64,000 nt of DNA, from NCBI GenBank assembly GCA_958295775.1, contig CATQHC010000002.1:653663-717662 (forward strand), in the 5' to 3' direction. Position numbers and translations under genes: made by a program. This DNA is from Chloroflexota bacterium (GTDB lineage: Bacteria; Chloroflexota; UBA11872; VXOZ01). Below the pieces are notes generated by a model. The model was given only the letters and a program-made list of their open reading frames with translations, was not told the origin of the DNA and searched no databases. Positions 10,716 to 21,402 of the stretch are shown here, piece by piece; the first letter of the stretch is position 1, and each line of letters starts with the position of its first letter.

Positions 10716-12218
10716 GTGGATTCAATTCCCATTCTCTCCATAGTTCTTTGGTTGCCGCTCATTGCAGCCGTCATCGTGCTTTTCTTGCGTGAACGCCGGG
10801 CGATGTTCGCGGTGGCGATGGCGGGTTCCGCGCTCTCCCTGATATTGAGCGTGGCCGTTTGGGCGGGTTTCAGCCCCGGCGACGGCATGCAGTTCCGAGA
10901 GTCGTTCGACTGGCTGCCTGCCTTAGGCATTCAGTATGCGCTGGGTGTTGACGGCATTAGCCTCCTGATGGTGCTCCTCAACACATTCCTCTTCTTCTTG
11001 TGCATCGTCTACGCCTGGGCGTCCGTTCATGACCGGGTCAAAGAATACCTATTCACAATGCTCCTGCTGGAAGTGGGCATTACGGGCGTCTTCTTGGCGC
11101 TCGACTTCGTGCTCTTCTACGTATTCTGGGAAATCATGCTCATTCCCATGTACGTATTGATCGGCGTGTGGGGAGGCGAGCGCCGCGTGTACGCGACGGT
11201 CAAGTTCGTACTCTATACGCTATTCGGCAGCCTGCTCATGCTGGTGGCAATCTTGGCGCTGTATTTCGTGTACGGCAATACCACGGGCGTATATACATTC
11301 GATATTCTCGAACTCACCCAAGGGACCTACGGCGAGCGCTTCCAACTCTGGGCCTTCCTCGCCTTCTTCCTGGCCTTTGCAATCAAGGTGCCAATGGTGC
11401 CGTTTCACACGTGGCTGCCGGATGCGCACGTGGAGGCGCCGACAACCGGCAGCGTCATTCTGGCCGGCATCTTGCTGAAGATGGGTGGCTATGGCTTCAT
11501 TCGCTTCAGCTTGCCGCTATTCCCTGACGCCAGCCAGGCTGCGCAGACAATCATCCTTGTGCTCTCGGTCATCGCGATTCTCTATGGCGCGATGGTCGCG
11601 CTCATGCAGACGGACTTGAAGAAGCTCATCGCCTATTCCTCAGTGAGCCACATGGGATTTGTAACTCTGGGCATCTTCTCGTTCACGCAGCAGGGACTAG
11701 ACGGCGCGATGATGCAAATGTTCAGCCACGGCTTGGTGACCGGGGCGCTCTTCCTCTGCGTTGGGCAGCTCTATGAGCGCACCCATGACCGGCGTATCGC
11801 CAACCTTGGCGGGCTAGCCCATCGTTTGCCGATATTCGCAGCGCTGTTCCTCTTCTTCTCGCTTGCCTCAATCGGCTTGCCGGGACTCTCCGGCTTTGTT
11901 GGCGAATTCATGGTGCTGCTTGGAGCCTTCGTTGCCGACATTCGCATCTTTGGCGTTCTGGCGGTTTTCGGCATCATCCTGTCCGCGGCGTACATGCTTT
12001 GGATGTACTGGCGGGTGATGCTCGGTTCGCTGAAAGAAGTGCATCGTCGCTTAGAAGACCTCACGAGACTAGAGACCGCAATACTCGCGGCGATGGCTCT
12101 GGTCACACTGTGGGCAGGCATTCAGCCGCAAGTGTTCATTGGAATCTTTACCGCTGACACAAGCGGAATCGTGCAAGCGTTAACGGCAACCGAGGTTTCG
12201 AGCGCGCTGATCAAGTAG
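10716..12218 (+). CDS. nuoM: NADH-quinone oxidoreductase subunit M
   Basis: 500 aa antiporter-like subunit, WLPDAHVEAPT motif. Confidence 0.92.
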   Translation: MDSIPILSIVLWLPLIAAVIVLFLRERRAMFAVAMAGSALSLILSVAVWAGFSPGDGMQFRESFDWLPALGIQYALGVDGISLLMVLLNTFLFFLCIVYAWASVHDRVKEYLFTMLLLEVGITGVFLALDFVLFYVFWEIMLIPMYVLIGVWGGERRVYATVKFVLYTLFGSLLMLVAILALYFVYGNTTGVYTFDILELTQGTYGERFQLWAFLAFFLAFAIKVPMVPFHTWLPDAHVEAPTTGSVILAGILLKMGGYGFIRFSLPLFPDASQAAQTIILVLSVIAILYGAMVALMQTDLKKLIAYSSVSHMGFVTLGIFSFTQQGLDGAMMQMFSHGLVTGALFLCVGQLYERTHDRRIANLGGLAHRLPIFAALFLFFSLASIGLPGLSGFVGEFMVLLGAFVADIRIFGVLAVFGIILSAAYMLWMYWRVMLGSLKEVHRRLEDLTRLETAILAAMALVTLWAGIQPQVFIGIFTADTSGIVQALTATEVSSALIK

Positions 12219-12252
12219 CCCTTTTCGCAGGGCACCAGTAAGGACCGACCTA

Positions 12253-13728
12253 GTGGAAACACAAGACCTCATCAGCATTCTGCCGGAGATCATCCTCACG
12301 GTGATTGCCGCTAGCGTGCTCATGGTTGACGCGTTTGGCGGCCAGCGCACGCATCGCAGCCTGATGGGCTTGGTCGTCGGCGGCAGCGTCATCGCGATTC
12401 TCGTGAGCGTTGTGGCGCGGGTTGACGCCACGTCGGCATTCGGCGGCATGGTTCTGACGGATGGATTCGCGGTCTTTTTCAAAGTACTCTTCATCGCCAT
12501 TGCCGCTCTCAGCATTGTGCTGGCCTTTGCGCAGTCGAAGGACGTACCGTTTGCGGAATTGTCGGCGCTCATTCTATTTGCAACTGTCGGCATGCTGCTG
12601 CTCGGGGCCACAGGTGACTTGATCTTGCTCTATCTTGGTGTCGAACTCACGTCCATTCCCGTCTACGTGCTCGTTGCCATCAAGCGCGATCGGTTTCGGG
12701 CGACTGAGGGCGCACTCAAGTATTTCCTGCTCGGCGCGTTTGCCTCCGGCCTGTTGCTCTACGGCATCGCGTGGCTCTTCGGCCTAACCGGCACAACCAA
12801 CCTCGCGGATATGGCGTTGTACGTGCAAAGCCAGGACGCGAGCAGCCCGTGGTTCCTGCTCGGTCTCGGCCTGCTGCTCGTCGGCCTCGCGTTCAAAGTC
12901 GCTGCGGTTCCGTTCCACATGTGGACGCCGGACGCGTACCAGGGAGCGCCCACGCCATCCACCGCCTTTTTGGCCGCGGGGGCCAAAATGGGCGCCATGG
13001 CGGGTCTCCTGCGGGTGGTCGTGCACGGGCTTGAACCGTGGCAAGACATGGTCCTGCCCATCATAATCGCCGTTGCGGTGGCAAGCATGATCGTCGGCAA
13101 CTTCGTCGCCATTTGGCAGCGGGACGTCAAGCGCCTGTTGGCTTACTCTTCTATCGCACATACGGGTTATATGCTCATTGGCGTCGCTGTGGTACACACG
13201 CAATCCGAGGCGGGAGGCCTCGCGCGTGACGCCGTGGCAGCGGTCATGTTCTATGCTGCGGTCTATGCGCTCATGACCCTCGGCGCCTTTGCCGTTACCT
13301 TTGCGGTAGAGCGGCGCACGGGCGGCACGGACATGGAAAACTTCCAAAACCTCGGTCGCACTTCGCCCCTATTGGCCGCCGCTATGGTGATATTCATGAT
13401 TTCGCTCACCGGCATACCGCCGGCGGCAGGATTCTTTGGCAAACTCTATCTCCTGCAAGTTGCCGTCAACGGCGGCTTGACCTGGGTAGCAGTAGTCCTG
13501 GTGCTAACCAGCACGGTTTCGGCCTACTACTATCTCCGCGTTGTCGTAAACATGTACATGGTCGAGGGCCAGCCGCGCTTGTTGCCCGTACCCTCCTCCA
13601 CAGCGATCAGCGCGGTGGTTGCAATCGGCATCATCGGCACGCTCGTGCTGGGCATCTATCCAACCGGGGCGATAGAGTGGGCACAGTCCGCCTTGGAAGA
13701 AGTGGGCAAGCTGGCACTAACCCGCTAG
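12253..13728 (+). CDS. nuoN: NADH-quinone oxidoreductase subunit N
   Basis: 491 aa antiporter-like subunit, WTPDAYQGAPTP motif; last gene of the operon. Confidence 0.92.
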   Translation: METQDLISILPEIILTVIAASVLMVDAFGGQRTHRSLMGLVVGGSVIAILVSVVARVDATSAFGGMVLTDGFAVFFKVLFIAIAALSIVLAFAQSKDVPFAELSALILFATVGMLLLGATGDLILLYLGVELTSIPVYVLVAIKRDRFRATEGALKYFLLGAFASGLLLYGIAWLFGLTGTTNLADMALYVQSQDASSPWFLLGLGLLLVGLAFKVAAVPFHMWTPDAYQGAPTPSTAFLAAGAKMGAMAGLLRVVVHGLEPWQDMVLPIIIAVAVASMIVGNFVAIWQRDVKRLLAYSSIAHTGYMLIGVAVVHTQSEAGGLARDAVAAVMFYAAVYALMTLGAFAVTFAVERRTGGTDMENFQNLGRTSPLLAAAMVIFMISLTGIPPAAGFFGKLYLLQVAVNGGLTWVAVVLVLTSTVSAYYYLRVVVNMYMVEGQPRLLPVPSSTAISAVVAIGIIGTLVLGIYPTGAIEWAQSALEEVGKLALTR

Positions 13729-13819
13729 GTCGCGGCCTCTCTCACACTCTTGCCGCACGCGCATCACGCCCGCAGTGTATGGTGGGCGTGCATGTGTCTG
13801 GTATCATAGAAGGCGACAT

Positions 13820-13894
13820 GCCCCCATAGCTCAGTGGATAGAGCACTGGCCTCCGGAGCCAGGAGCGGGCGTTCGAGTCGCCCTGGGGGTACCA
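13820..13894 (+). tRNA. tRNA-Arg (anticodon CCG)
   Basis: Cloverleaf folds by hand: acceptor GCCCCCA/TGGGGGT (G1-U72), D-arm GCTC..GAGC, anticodon loop CTCCGGA, T-arm GGGCG-TTCGAGT-CGCCC, encoded CCA. Confidence 0.85.
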
Positions 13895-14008
13895 CAGTCT
13901 AGGCCTGTCTCTCTCTTGAGTGGGCCTTCATGCGTCTCCGTCCAAGTGGCAAACTATCTCCTCGACACTGACGTTAGGCAAGTTTCCCGCTTGATTGCGG
14001 AGAACTGC

Positions 14009-14620
14009 ATGAAAACTACCAAGCCTGGACAGATCATCATCCTGAACGGCACGCCGCGAGCAGGCAAGTCTAGTATTGCCGAGGTAATCTTAGACTCGTT
14101 CGAAGGGGTTTGGATAAACCTTGGCGTAGACGGGTTCAAGCAACTAACCTCGCAGCGCTCTAGTCCGGGGATCGGGCTGCGTCCGGGTGGTGAGTTGTCC
14201 GATACAATCGAACCACTCGTTCCAGTGTTGTATGCGGCCATGTACGAATCTATCGCCGCGCACGGCAGATTGGGTATAAATGTGGTCGTCGACGTCGGCC
14301 ATCACGACGCCTACTCAGAGCCGCGGGGCATACTCTTCGACTGTGCGCGCCGTTTGAGAGAGTTACCTGTCCTATTTGTAGGAGTGCGTTGTCCTATAGA
14401 CACCATTGTGGAGCGGCGACAGCAGACGTGGAACCCCGAGCGGGGATTGGACGACCATATGCGCCGCTGGCAACGTGAGGTCCATATCCTCGGAATCTAT
14501 GATCTCGAGGTCGATACATCGCAACTCACTCCTCAAGAGTGCGCCGCCAAAGTCCGACGACGCCTTAGGGATGGACCGCCACCTACGGCGTTCAAACGAC
14601 TCGCAGAAATGTCTGCGTAA
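14009..14620 (+). CDS. Chloramphenicol-phosphotransferase-like (CPT family) P-loop kinase
   Basis: Walker A GTPRAGKSS close to the N-terminus, conserved blocks VVDVGH, LFVGVRCP, YDLEVDTS as in the CPT family; the longer ORF at 13775 would run through the tRNA, so the ATG at 14009 is used. Confidence 0.7.
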   Translation: MKTTKPGQIIILNGTPRAGKSSIAEVILDSFEGVWINLGVDGFKQLTSQRSSPGIGLRPGGELSDTIEPLVPVLYAAMYESIAAHGRLGINVVVDVGHHDAYSEPRGILFDCARRLRELPVLFVGVRCPIDTIVERRQQTWNPERGLDDHMRRWQREVHILGIYDLEVDTSQLTPQECAAKVRRRLRDGPPPTAFKRLAEMSA

Positions 14621-14726
14621 ATTGAATCAAGAGTTTGTGCCATTCCACGGCAAACGATAGCCTGTGGTGGTGTTGGTAGTGCGGTCAAATTCCTACTTCT
14701 ACTCACAGAGTGCGTGGCTACGAATA

Positions 14727-15437
14727 ATGAGCAACGACCAAAGTCCCTTTGTCACCCTCTCTGACATCAGCAAGTACTACTACGACCATGGCGAGCAGCG
14801 GGTCGTGCTTAACAAGGTTAGCTTGGAAGTTAAACGCGGCGAATTCGTCGCAGTCCTGGGAAGCAGCGGCAGCGGCAAGACGACCCTGCTGCATTTGATT
14901 GGCGGCATCGACACACCTGACGACGGCTCCATCGTCATCGACGGGAGTGAACTTACGAGTTTCAATGACTCTGCGCGCACGCGCTTTCGCCGTCGCCACG
15001 TCGGCATGATCTTTCAGTTGTTCAATCTCATTCCCACCCTTACCGTCTGGGAAAACGTGCTCTTGCCCGCTGAACTTGAGGGCGCTGTGACTGCCAAGCT
15101 GCGGAACCAGGCGGCGGCGCTGCTCGAGCGCGTCGGCCTCAGCGATCGGCGAAACACATTTCCGGATAGGTTGAGTGGAGGCGAGCAGCAACGGGTTGCC
15201 ATAGCCCGCGCGTTGGCGCACCAGCCGCTCTTGGTGCTTGCGGATGAGCCGACCGGCAACCTGGATGCGGAAAATAGCGCGCGCGTGCTCTCACTCTTGC
15301 TTGAGCTCACACGGGAAGCCGGGCGCACTCTCATGATGGCCACGCACGACCACGAGATTGCCCGACAGGCCTCGCATATCTGCCGGCTCCATGGTGGTGC
15401 GATGACAACGCAACCGGTTGCTGCCCCTGTACCTTGA
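14727..15437 (+). CDS. ABC transporter ATP-binding protein (LolD/MacB/AttE-like)
   Basis: Walker [13 protein letters not shown] signature [15 protein letters not shown], Walker [14 protein letters not shown]. Confidence 0.9.
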   Translation: MSNDQSPFVTLSDISKYYYDHGEQRVVLNKVSLEVKRGEFVAVLGSSGSGKTTLLHLIGGIDTPDDGSIVIDGSELTSFNDSARTRFRRRHVGMIFQLFNLIPTLTVWENVLLPAELEGAVTAKLRNQAAALLERVGLSDRRNTFPDRLSGGEQQRVAIARALAHQPLLVLADEPTGNLDAENSARVLSLLLELTREAGRTLMMATHDHEIARQASHICRLHGGAMTTQPVAAPVP

Positions 15438-15441
15438 GATA

Positions 15442-18015
15442 ATGGCAATCACAGTCGTCAGCCGACTTGCCTACCGTGCGCTGCAACGGCGCCTGCTCCA
15501 GAGCGCGCTCTTTCTCTTTAGCATTGTGGCCGGCGTCGCATTGGTCGTGGGCGTTGACGTGGCCGCTGAATCCGCACGCCGCGCGTTTGCCCTCAGCACC
15601 GCAAGTCTTCAGGGCAATGCGACCCATGAGATAGTCGGCGGTCCAAGCGGCGTGCCAACGTCGCTCTACCGCAGGTTGCGTACGAATCTTGGCATCCGCA
15701 CTGCCGCGCCTGTGGTCCAGAGCACGGTCCGCGAAGGCGCAAGCGGCCTCGCGTTGACATTAATGGGCATAGACCCTTTTGCCGAAACCCAGATGCGTCA
15801 GTTCTTGGCAGACGCCGCAGTTTCCGGCGCAACCGGCGTATCGGGTCAAGCGTTGCTCAGACTTCTCGCTGAGCCGAATACCGTGCTGGTGTCGGAGTCC
15901 GTCGCTGCGCGGCTTGGCGTCGAGCCCGGCGACACATTTGAGCTCTTCACGACGCAGAACCGAGAAACGTTCACCCTCGCGGGCACCATACGTCCGTGGA
16001 ACGACCTGAGCAGGCAGGCGCTGGCTGCGCTGGTGATTGCCGATATAGCGACTGCGCAGGAGTTTCTTGACACCCCTCATGTGCTAACGCGAATAGACCT
16101 GATCCTCACTGATGCCCAGACACTCTTAGAGGTACGCGAGGCCCTGCCCCCCGGCGTCGCCTTAAGGCCGGCTGAATCCAACAGGCAGACCCTGGCGCAA
16201 CTCAGCGACAGCTTTACCCTGAATCTTCAAGCTCTTAGTCTCCTCGCCTTGGTCGTCGGCATGTTTCTCATCTACAACATTATGTCGTTCAGCGTCGTGC
16301 AGCGGCGCGTGCAAATCGGCATGTTGCGCGCGATTGGCGCCACACGCCGCCAGATTCTTGCGTCAATTCTCCTCGAGGCGCTCGTCTTCGGCGTGGTGGG
16401 CACGTTCCTCGGCGTGGCGGCGGGTTACTTTCTCGGAGGTTTCCTGGTGGGAGCGGTAACGAGAACCATCACCGATCTCTACTATCGGGTTGAAGTACAG
16501 GTACTCACGCTCTCAACGTTCACCGTAGCCAAAGGCGTGGCAACGGGGCTCATCGCTAGTCTGGGCGCGGCGTTGCTCCCCGCTATTGGCGCCACGCGTG
16601 TCACGGCTGCCAGCGCTTTGCGCAGCGTCGATGCAGAACAGACGACGCGAACCCACGTGGACTTGGCGGCAGCGGCAGGTCTTGTGGTTCTGGCTGCCGG
16701 CTTTGGCCTTACCCAACTGCAAACGCGCAGCCTATTCTTTGGGCTCGGCGCACTCTTTCTCATTCTGATGGGCTGCATACTCTTTACACCGGCCGCGTTG
16801 CTGCTCGCAATGCGCAGTGTGCAACCGGTAAGCGGACTTCTGTTCGGTACCCTCGGCAGGATTGCGCCGCGCGCCATCGTCCGTTCATTGAGTCGCACCG
16901 GCGTCGCAGTAGCGGCACTGGCGCTGGCAGTGAGTGTGATCGTTGGCGTCAGCGTGATGATTGCAAGTTTTCGCGGGACGGTCACAGAGTGGCTCGACGG
17001 CGCGTTGACTGCCGATGTCTTTATTTCCGCGCCAGCGAGCGGCCTCTTGGAGACTATTAACATCGATCCCAGTCTCACGACTCTGCTGCAAGAGGTACCT
17101 GGGGTAACTCACGTTGCAACCGCCCGCGACGTACCGGTCTTGGCGCCGGACTATCCCCAATTGCCACCGGTCAATCTTGTGGCGATCAGCACAAACCCAC
17201 AGCAAGTTTCACCATCGCGTCGATTTGTCTGGCTCGCAGTGGAACAGGACGAGGTATGGGAAGCCATGCAGGCCGGCGCTATCATAGTGACCGAGTCATT
17301 TGCCTACCGCCGCCGGATTACTGCGGAAGACTACGCGCTCACGCTGCTCACTGATCAAGGCCCCCGCACCTTCCCTATCGTTGGCGTCTTCTACCATTAC
17401 GGCACTGATCAGGGAATCGTCCTCATGGCGGATTCAGTGTATCGTGACCTCTATGCCGATCCGTGGGTGTCGTCATTTGTGCTTTTCGTGACACCGGAGA
17501 CGAGCAGCGAGTCAGTGGTGGAGAATGTGCGCCGCCTGGTCGCAGACCAAGGGTTAGTTGTGCAAGGAACACGCGCGTTGCGCACCGAGGTATTTGCCAT
17601 CTTCGATCGCGCGTTCAACATCACCGCCGCCCTGCGCAGCCTGGTCGCCATCGTGGCATTCATCGGCATACTCAGCGCGCTCATGGCGCTGCAACTCGAC
17701 CAGAAGCGCACCCTGGGAACCATGCGCGCCCTCGGCCTCACGGCCGGACAACTTTGGCGGCTTACGTTCTTGGTTACCGGATTGATGGGGTTGGCAGCCG
17801 GTCTCTTCGCGTTGCCGATTGGCTTGTTGCTGGCAAAGCTGCTCATTGACGTGATCAACGTGCGCGCATTTGGCTGGACGTTCGCTTATATCGTTCCGGC
17901 GGGTTCATTGCTCCAAGCGGTGCTAATCGCGATGGTGGCGGCATTGTTGGCCGGTATCTATCCGGCGTGGCGGGTCTCACGCCTGGCTCCGGCAGAGGCG
18001 ATCCGCAATGAGTAG
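15442..18015 (+). CDS. ABC transporter permease with duplicated FtsX domains (MacB/AttF-G-like)
   Basis: ~858 aa, two 4-TM FtsX-like blocks each preceded by a large extracytoplasmic domain; follows the ATPase. Confidence 0.8.
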   Translation: MAITVVSRLAYRALQRRLLQSALFLFSIVAGVALVVGVDVAAESARRAFALSTASLQGNATHEIVGGPSGVPTSLYRRLRTNLGIRTAAPVVQSTVREGASGLALTLMGIDPFAETQMRQFLADAAVSGATGVSGQALLRLLAEPNTVLVSESVAARLGVEPGDTFELFTTQNRETFTLAGTIRPWNDLSRQALAALVIADIATAQEFLDTPHVLTRIDLILTDAQTLLEVREALPPGVALRPAESNRQTLAQLSDSFTLNLQALSLLALVVGMFLIYNIMSFSVVQRRVQIGMLRAIGATRRQILASILLEALVFGVVGTFLGVAAGYFLGGFLVGAVTRTITDLYYRVEVQVLTLSTFTVAKGVATGLIASLGAALLPAIGATRVTAASALRSVDAEQTTRTHVDLAAAAGLVVLAAGFGLTQLQTRSLFFGLGALFLILMGCILFTPAALLLAMRSVQPVSGLLFGTLGRIAPRAIVRSLSRTGVAVAALALAVSVIVGVSVMIASFRGTVTEWLDGALTADVFISAPASGLLETINIDPSLTTLLQEVPGVTHVATARDVPVLAPDYPQLPPVNLVAISTNPQQVSPSRRFVWLAVEQDEVWEAMQAGAIIVTESFAYRRRITAEDYALTLLTDQGPRTFPIVGVFYHYGTDQGIVLMADSVYRDLYADPWVSSFVLFVTPETSSESVVENVRRLVADQGLVVQGTRALRTEVFAIFDRAFNITAALRSLVAIVAFIGILSALMALQLDQKRTLGTMRALGLTAGQLWRLTFLVTGLMGLAAGLFALPIGLLLAKLLIDVINVRAFGWTFAYIVPAGSLLQAVLIAMVAALLAGIYPAWRVSRLAPAEAIRNE

Positions 18016-19183
18016 GCGTTATGTCAATTACAAGGTATTGCTTTTCGGTCTCGTAGTAATCGGTGTCAGCATTCTGCTCATCGGCGTGCTATGGGTGTCA
18101 ACCAGGCCCTCTCAGCCCATTGGCGCGGACACTGCCATCCTCCCCTCAGCGTTCAACACCGACGGCTTTGCACGCGCTATAGACCCTTGGCTGTGGGAAT
18201 TTCCGCGCGACCACGGGCCCCACCCGGCATTTCAATCGGAGTGGTGGTACTACACCGGAAACCTGACAACCGCCAGCGGACGGCGGTTTGGATTCCAATT
18301 CACGATTTTCCGCCGCGCTCTACTACCGGAACGGCGAAATTCCAAATCGGAATGGTACTCAAACCAGATATATATGGCGCACTTTACGGTAAGCGATATT
18401 GCAGCCGGCACATTCTATCAGGAGGAGCGCTTTAGCCGCGGTGCAGCGGACCTCGCCGGAGCGGAGATCTCACCCCGCTTTCGTGTGTGGTTGGATGACT
18501 GGTCGGTCCAGGCTAGCGATGATTCGGCTGCCACAATGTCGATACATGCCAAAGCAGATGGCTATGCCATTGAGCTCGTGCTTACCCAGGTCAAAGGACC
18601 AGCGTTGCAGGGCGTCGGCGGCCTCAGCCAAAAGGGGCCGGAAATCGGCAATGCAAGCTATTACTATTCGCTCACGCGCCTTGCGACAGAAGGCACTGTA
18701 ATCATTGGGGGCGAAGAGTTTAGTGTGGATGGTACTAGCTGGATGGACCGGGAATTCGGCACCAGCGCGCTCAGCGAAGGCGCGGTGGGCTGGGACTGGT
18801 TTGCGCTGCAACTCAGCGACGGCCGCGACCTGATGGTGGGGCAGATCAGAAGCGAAGACGATTCCACTGAACCTGCCTTCGGCGGTCTACTCGTATCGGC
18901 TGACGGTCAAACCCGCTACCTGCCAGCGGACGTGATTACCATCACGCCGCGCGGCACATGGCAGAGCAAGCACAGCGGCGCAACCTATCCCGCCGGTTGG
19001 GAGATTGCAGTCACAATTGACAGTACACCGCTGCGTCTCCTCTTGGAGCCGCTCTTAGCAGACCAGGAAGTCCGAGGCAGCGTGACCTACTGGGAAGGCG
19101 CTGTGCGTGTAAGCGGGGATGCAACAGGCTACGGCTATGCGGAACTTACCGGGTATGCGCAACCCATACGGGGAATGTTCTAA
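18008..19183 (+). CDS. AttH-like lipocalin-fold protein (CrtC/hydroxyneurosporene-synthase-like domain), N-terminal membrane anchor
   Basis: Signal anchor then the EWWYYTGNL motif typical of the AttH/CrtC-like family; overlaps the stop of the upstream permease (coupled). Confidence 0.65.
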   Translation: MSRRYVNYKVLLFGLVVIGVSILLIGVLWVSTRPSQPIGADTAILPSAFNTDGFARAIDPWLWEFPRDHGPHPAFQSEWWYYTGNLTTASGRRFGFQFTIFRRALLPERRNSKSEWYSNQIYMAHFTVSDIAAGTFYQEERFSRGAADLAGAEISPRFRVWLDDWSVQASDDSAATMSIHAKADGYAIELVLTQVKGPALQGVGGLSQKGPEIGNASYYYSLTRLATEGTVIIGGEEFSVDGTSWMDREFGTSALSEGAVGWDWFALQLSDGRDLMVGQIRSEDDSTEPAFGGLLVSADGQTRYLPADVITITPRGTWQSKHSGATYPAGWEIAVTIDSTPLRLLLEPLLADQEVRGSVTYWEGAVRVSGDATGYGYAELTGYAQPIRGMF

Positions 19184-19301
19184 GAATCCCAAGGCATTCC
19201 GCACTAATTTCTAGATCTATTCTCACGCCGCACGATGGAAAGAGCGGGATTGTAGTCAAGTAACATGGCTCTACTGGCCGCGGATACAGTTAACGCAAAT
19301 A

Positions 19302-20726
19302 TCAAGACTCTTCTTCGGGGCCATCTTCCGCAGCCGATGCCTCCGGTCCACCGGGAGATTGCTGCTGTTCCGATCGTTCCCGGAGCGTTTGCTCGTATCC
19401 GGCCGTGCCCGGTTCGTAGTAGCGCTGACCCCGCAGTTGTTCGGGCAGGTATTCTTCCGCTACCCAGTTTTCTGCGAACGAGTGCGGATACTTGTAGTCT
19501 TTGCCGTGTCCCAACGCAGCCATCAACCCGGTCGGCGCGTTGCGCAGATGGAGCGGCACACTGAGATTGCCCGTTTCCTGCACGGCGTCGCGCGCTGCGG
19601 CATAGGCACGCAGCGCGGAATTGCTCTTGGCCGCCGTGGCCAGATAAAGCGTCGCCTGAGTCAGGGGATAAATCCCCTCGGGCATGCCGATGAAGTGGAC
19701 TGCGTGTTGCGCCGCAACAGCGACGCTAAGCGCTTGGGGATCGGCGAGACCGATATCCTCCGCAGCCAGAATCACCATCCGCCTCACGACAAACAGCGGG
19801 TCTTCCCCGGCTTCCAGCATGCGTGCCAGCCAGTACACCGCGCCATCGGGATCGCTGCCGCGCACGCTCTTAATATATGCCGAGATGAGATCGTAGTGAA
19901 AGTCGCCTTTCTTGTCATGAGGGAGCACCCGTCGTTGCAGCGCCTGCGCAATGTCACTCTCAGCAACGGTCTGATTTCCAGACTTTCTTGAGTTTACAAG
20001 TGTGACAGCGAGTTCCAGAGTGTTAAGCGCCACGCGGGCGTCGCCACTCGCCATGCGCACGAGGTATTCCAACGCCTCAGGCTGCACTTCCACTTGGCTA
20101 CTGCCAAGTCCACGGGTGGAGTCATCCAAACACCGGGTAGCCAGCGTCCTGATCTCTGCATCGGTGAGCGGCTCAAGCTTGTACACCCGGGTGCGGGAGA
20201 GCAGAGGGGCGTTGACTTCAAAAGACGGGTTTTCCGTCGTCGCCCCGATCAGCGTTACCGTACCGTCCTCCACGTACGGCAAGATGGCATCCTGCTGGCT
20301 CTTGGAAAAGCGATGAATCTCATCGATAAAGAGGATCGTACGCTGGTGCGTAAGCGCGAGCCGAGTTTGGGCCTCTTCAACCACCTTGCGCAAGTCTGCG
20401 ACGCCGGCGCTCACCGCGCTGAGGCTGGCAATCTTAGCCTTCGCCGTGCGCCCGATGATGGCTGCCAGCGACGTCTTGCCCGATCCCGGCGGTCCCCACA
20501 GAATCATGGACGGGATGCGGTCTACCGCTATGGCCTGTCGCAGCACCCCTGCTTCCCCAAGCAAATGGGCCTGCCCCACATACTCATCGAGGGTTTGCGG
20601 CCGCATTCGGGTTGCCAAGGGTGTGGCAGCGGCGGCGGGAGGACTGGCAGGAAGTGGTTCCCGGCTGGCGCCGGGATCAGAGAAGAGCGTGGGACCTTGC
20701 TCCTCTTGGCGCGACCTTCGCTTCAT
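19302..20726 (-). CDS. rarA: Replication-associated recombination protein A (AAA+ ATPase RarA/MgsA)
   Basis: Walker A GPPGSGKTS, Walker B ILFIDEIHRF, MgsA C-terminal domains. Confidence 0.9.
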   Translation of the reverse strand: MKRRSRQEEQGPTLFSDPGASREPLPASPPAAAATPLATRMRPQTLDEYVGQAHLLGEAGVLRQAIAVDRIPSMILWGPPGSGKTSLAAIIGRTAKAKIASLSAVSAGVADLRKVVEEAQTRLALTHQRTILFIDEIHRFSKSQQDAILPYVEDGTVTLIGATTENPSFEVNAPLLSRTRVYKLEPLTDAEIRTLATRCLDDSTRGLGSSQVEVQPEALEYLVRMASGDARVALNTLELAVTLVNSRKSGNQTVAESDIAQALQRRVLPHDKKGDFHYDLISAYIKSVRGSDPDGAVYWLARMLEAGEDPLFVVRRMVILAAEDIGLADPQALSVAVAAQHAVHFIGMPEGIYPLTQATLYLATAAKSNSALRAYAAARDAVQETGNLSVPLHLRNAPTGLMAALGHGKDYKYPHSFAENWVAEEYLPEQLRGQRYYEPGTAGYEQTLRERSEQQQSPGGPEASAAEDGPEEES

Positions 20727-20809
20727 GGCTCACGCGACTTTCTCAATGCAGCGCCATTACCCAGCCAGCGCAATTACGCTCCGGAACAAGCCTGGAGGCG
20801 CACACTCAT

Positions 20810-21310
20810 CTACCCCACAAAGCGCTTTAGTACCGTGCGCAAGGCTTCCTCTTTTTGGGCGGGAATGTACAGCTTTTGCTTTATTGGGCGCTCACCCTTG
20901 CCTTCGAGCACCACAACGCCGTTTGCAAGCTCGTAACGCCGAAAGCTCTCCCACCGGTGCACCTGTCCGTTGCTGAGCGTGAATGCTTCGGTGGTAAAGA
21001 TGTACGAGACCGGCACTACCGCCGCAATCACAATTGCCAACATGATCATCAATTCAGTGCCCGGCAACATAAATGAAAACTGTATCCCTTCAACCGGAAT
21101 CTGATTGACAAGGAGAAACAGCATGAGAGGGATCAGCGTGGGCCGAAAGATCAAGATTTTTTCGCGCAGTCCCAGACGAATCTTGCCAAACGGGGTGCCG
21201 GGGCGTTTAGGCGCAAAGGGCAAATAGATACGCAGATAGAGCAGCGCCAATAGAAAACTGGCAAGTGACGTACCAATGATTTGCGAAAGCGTTGTGCCTT
21301 GTTCAAACAT
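20810..21310 (-). CDS. Hypothetical membrane protein (PH/bPH-like small membrane protein)
   Basis: 166 aa, 2-3 TM helices then a soluble C-terminal domain; no recognisable catalytic motif. Confidence 0.5.
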   Translation of the reverse strand: MFEQGTTLSQIIGTSLASFLLALLYLRIYLPFAPKRPGTPFGKIRLGLREKILIFRPTLIPLMLFLLVNQIPVEGIQFSFMLPGTELMIMLAIVIAAVVPVSYIFTTEAFTLSNGQVHRWESFRRYELANGVVVLEGKGERPIKQKLYIPAQKEEALRTVLKRFVG

Positions 21311-21402
21311 CGTTCTACTCTAAAGTGCAATCGAGTCCAGGTAGGCGCCACATACCCCACGAGCCGTGCCGGGGGGCAGCAACCGCGCGGCAATCCCAAG
21401 CA

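Noticed and set aside
19359-20936. Plus-strand ORFs (210 aa, 280 aa, 196 aa) opposite rarA
   Set aside because: rarA on the minus strand has clear Walker A/B motifs; the plus-strand ORFs are Arg-rich antisense artefacts.
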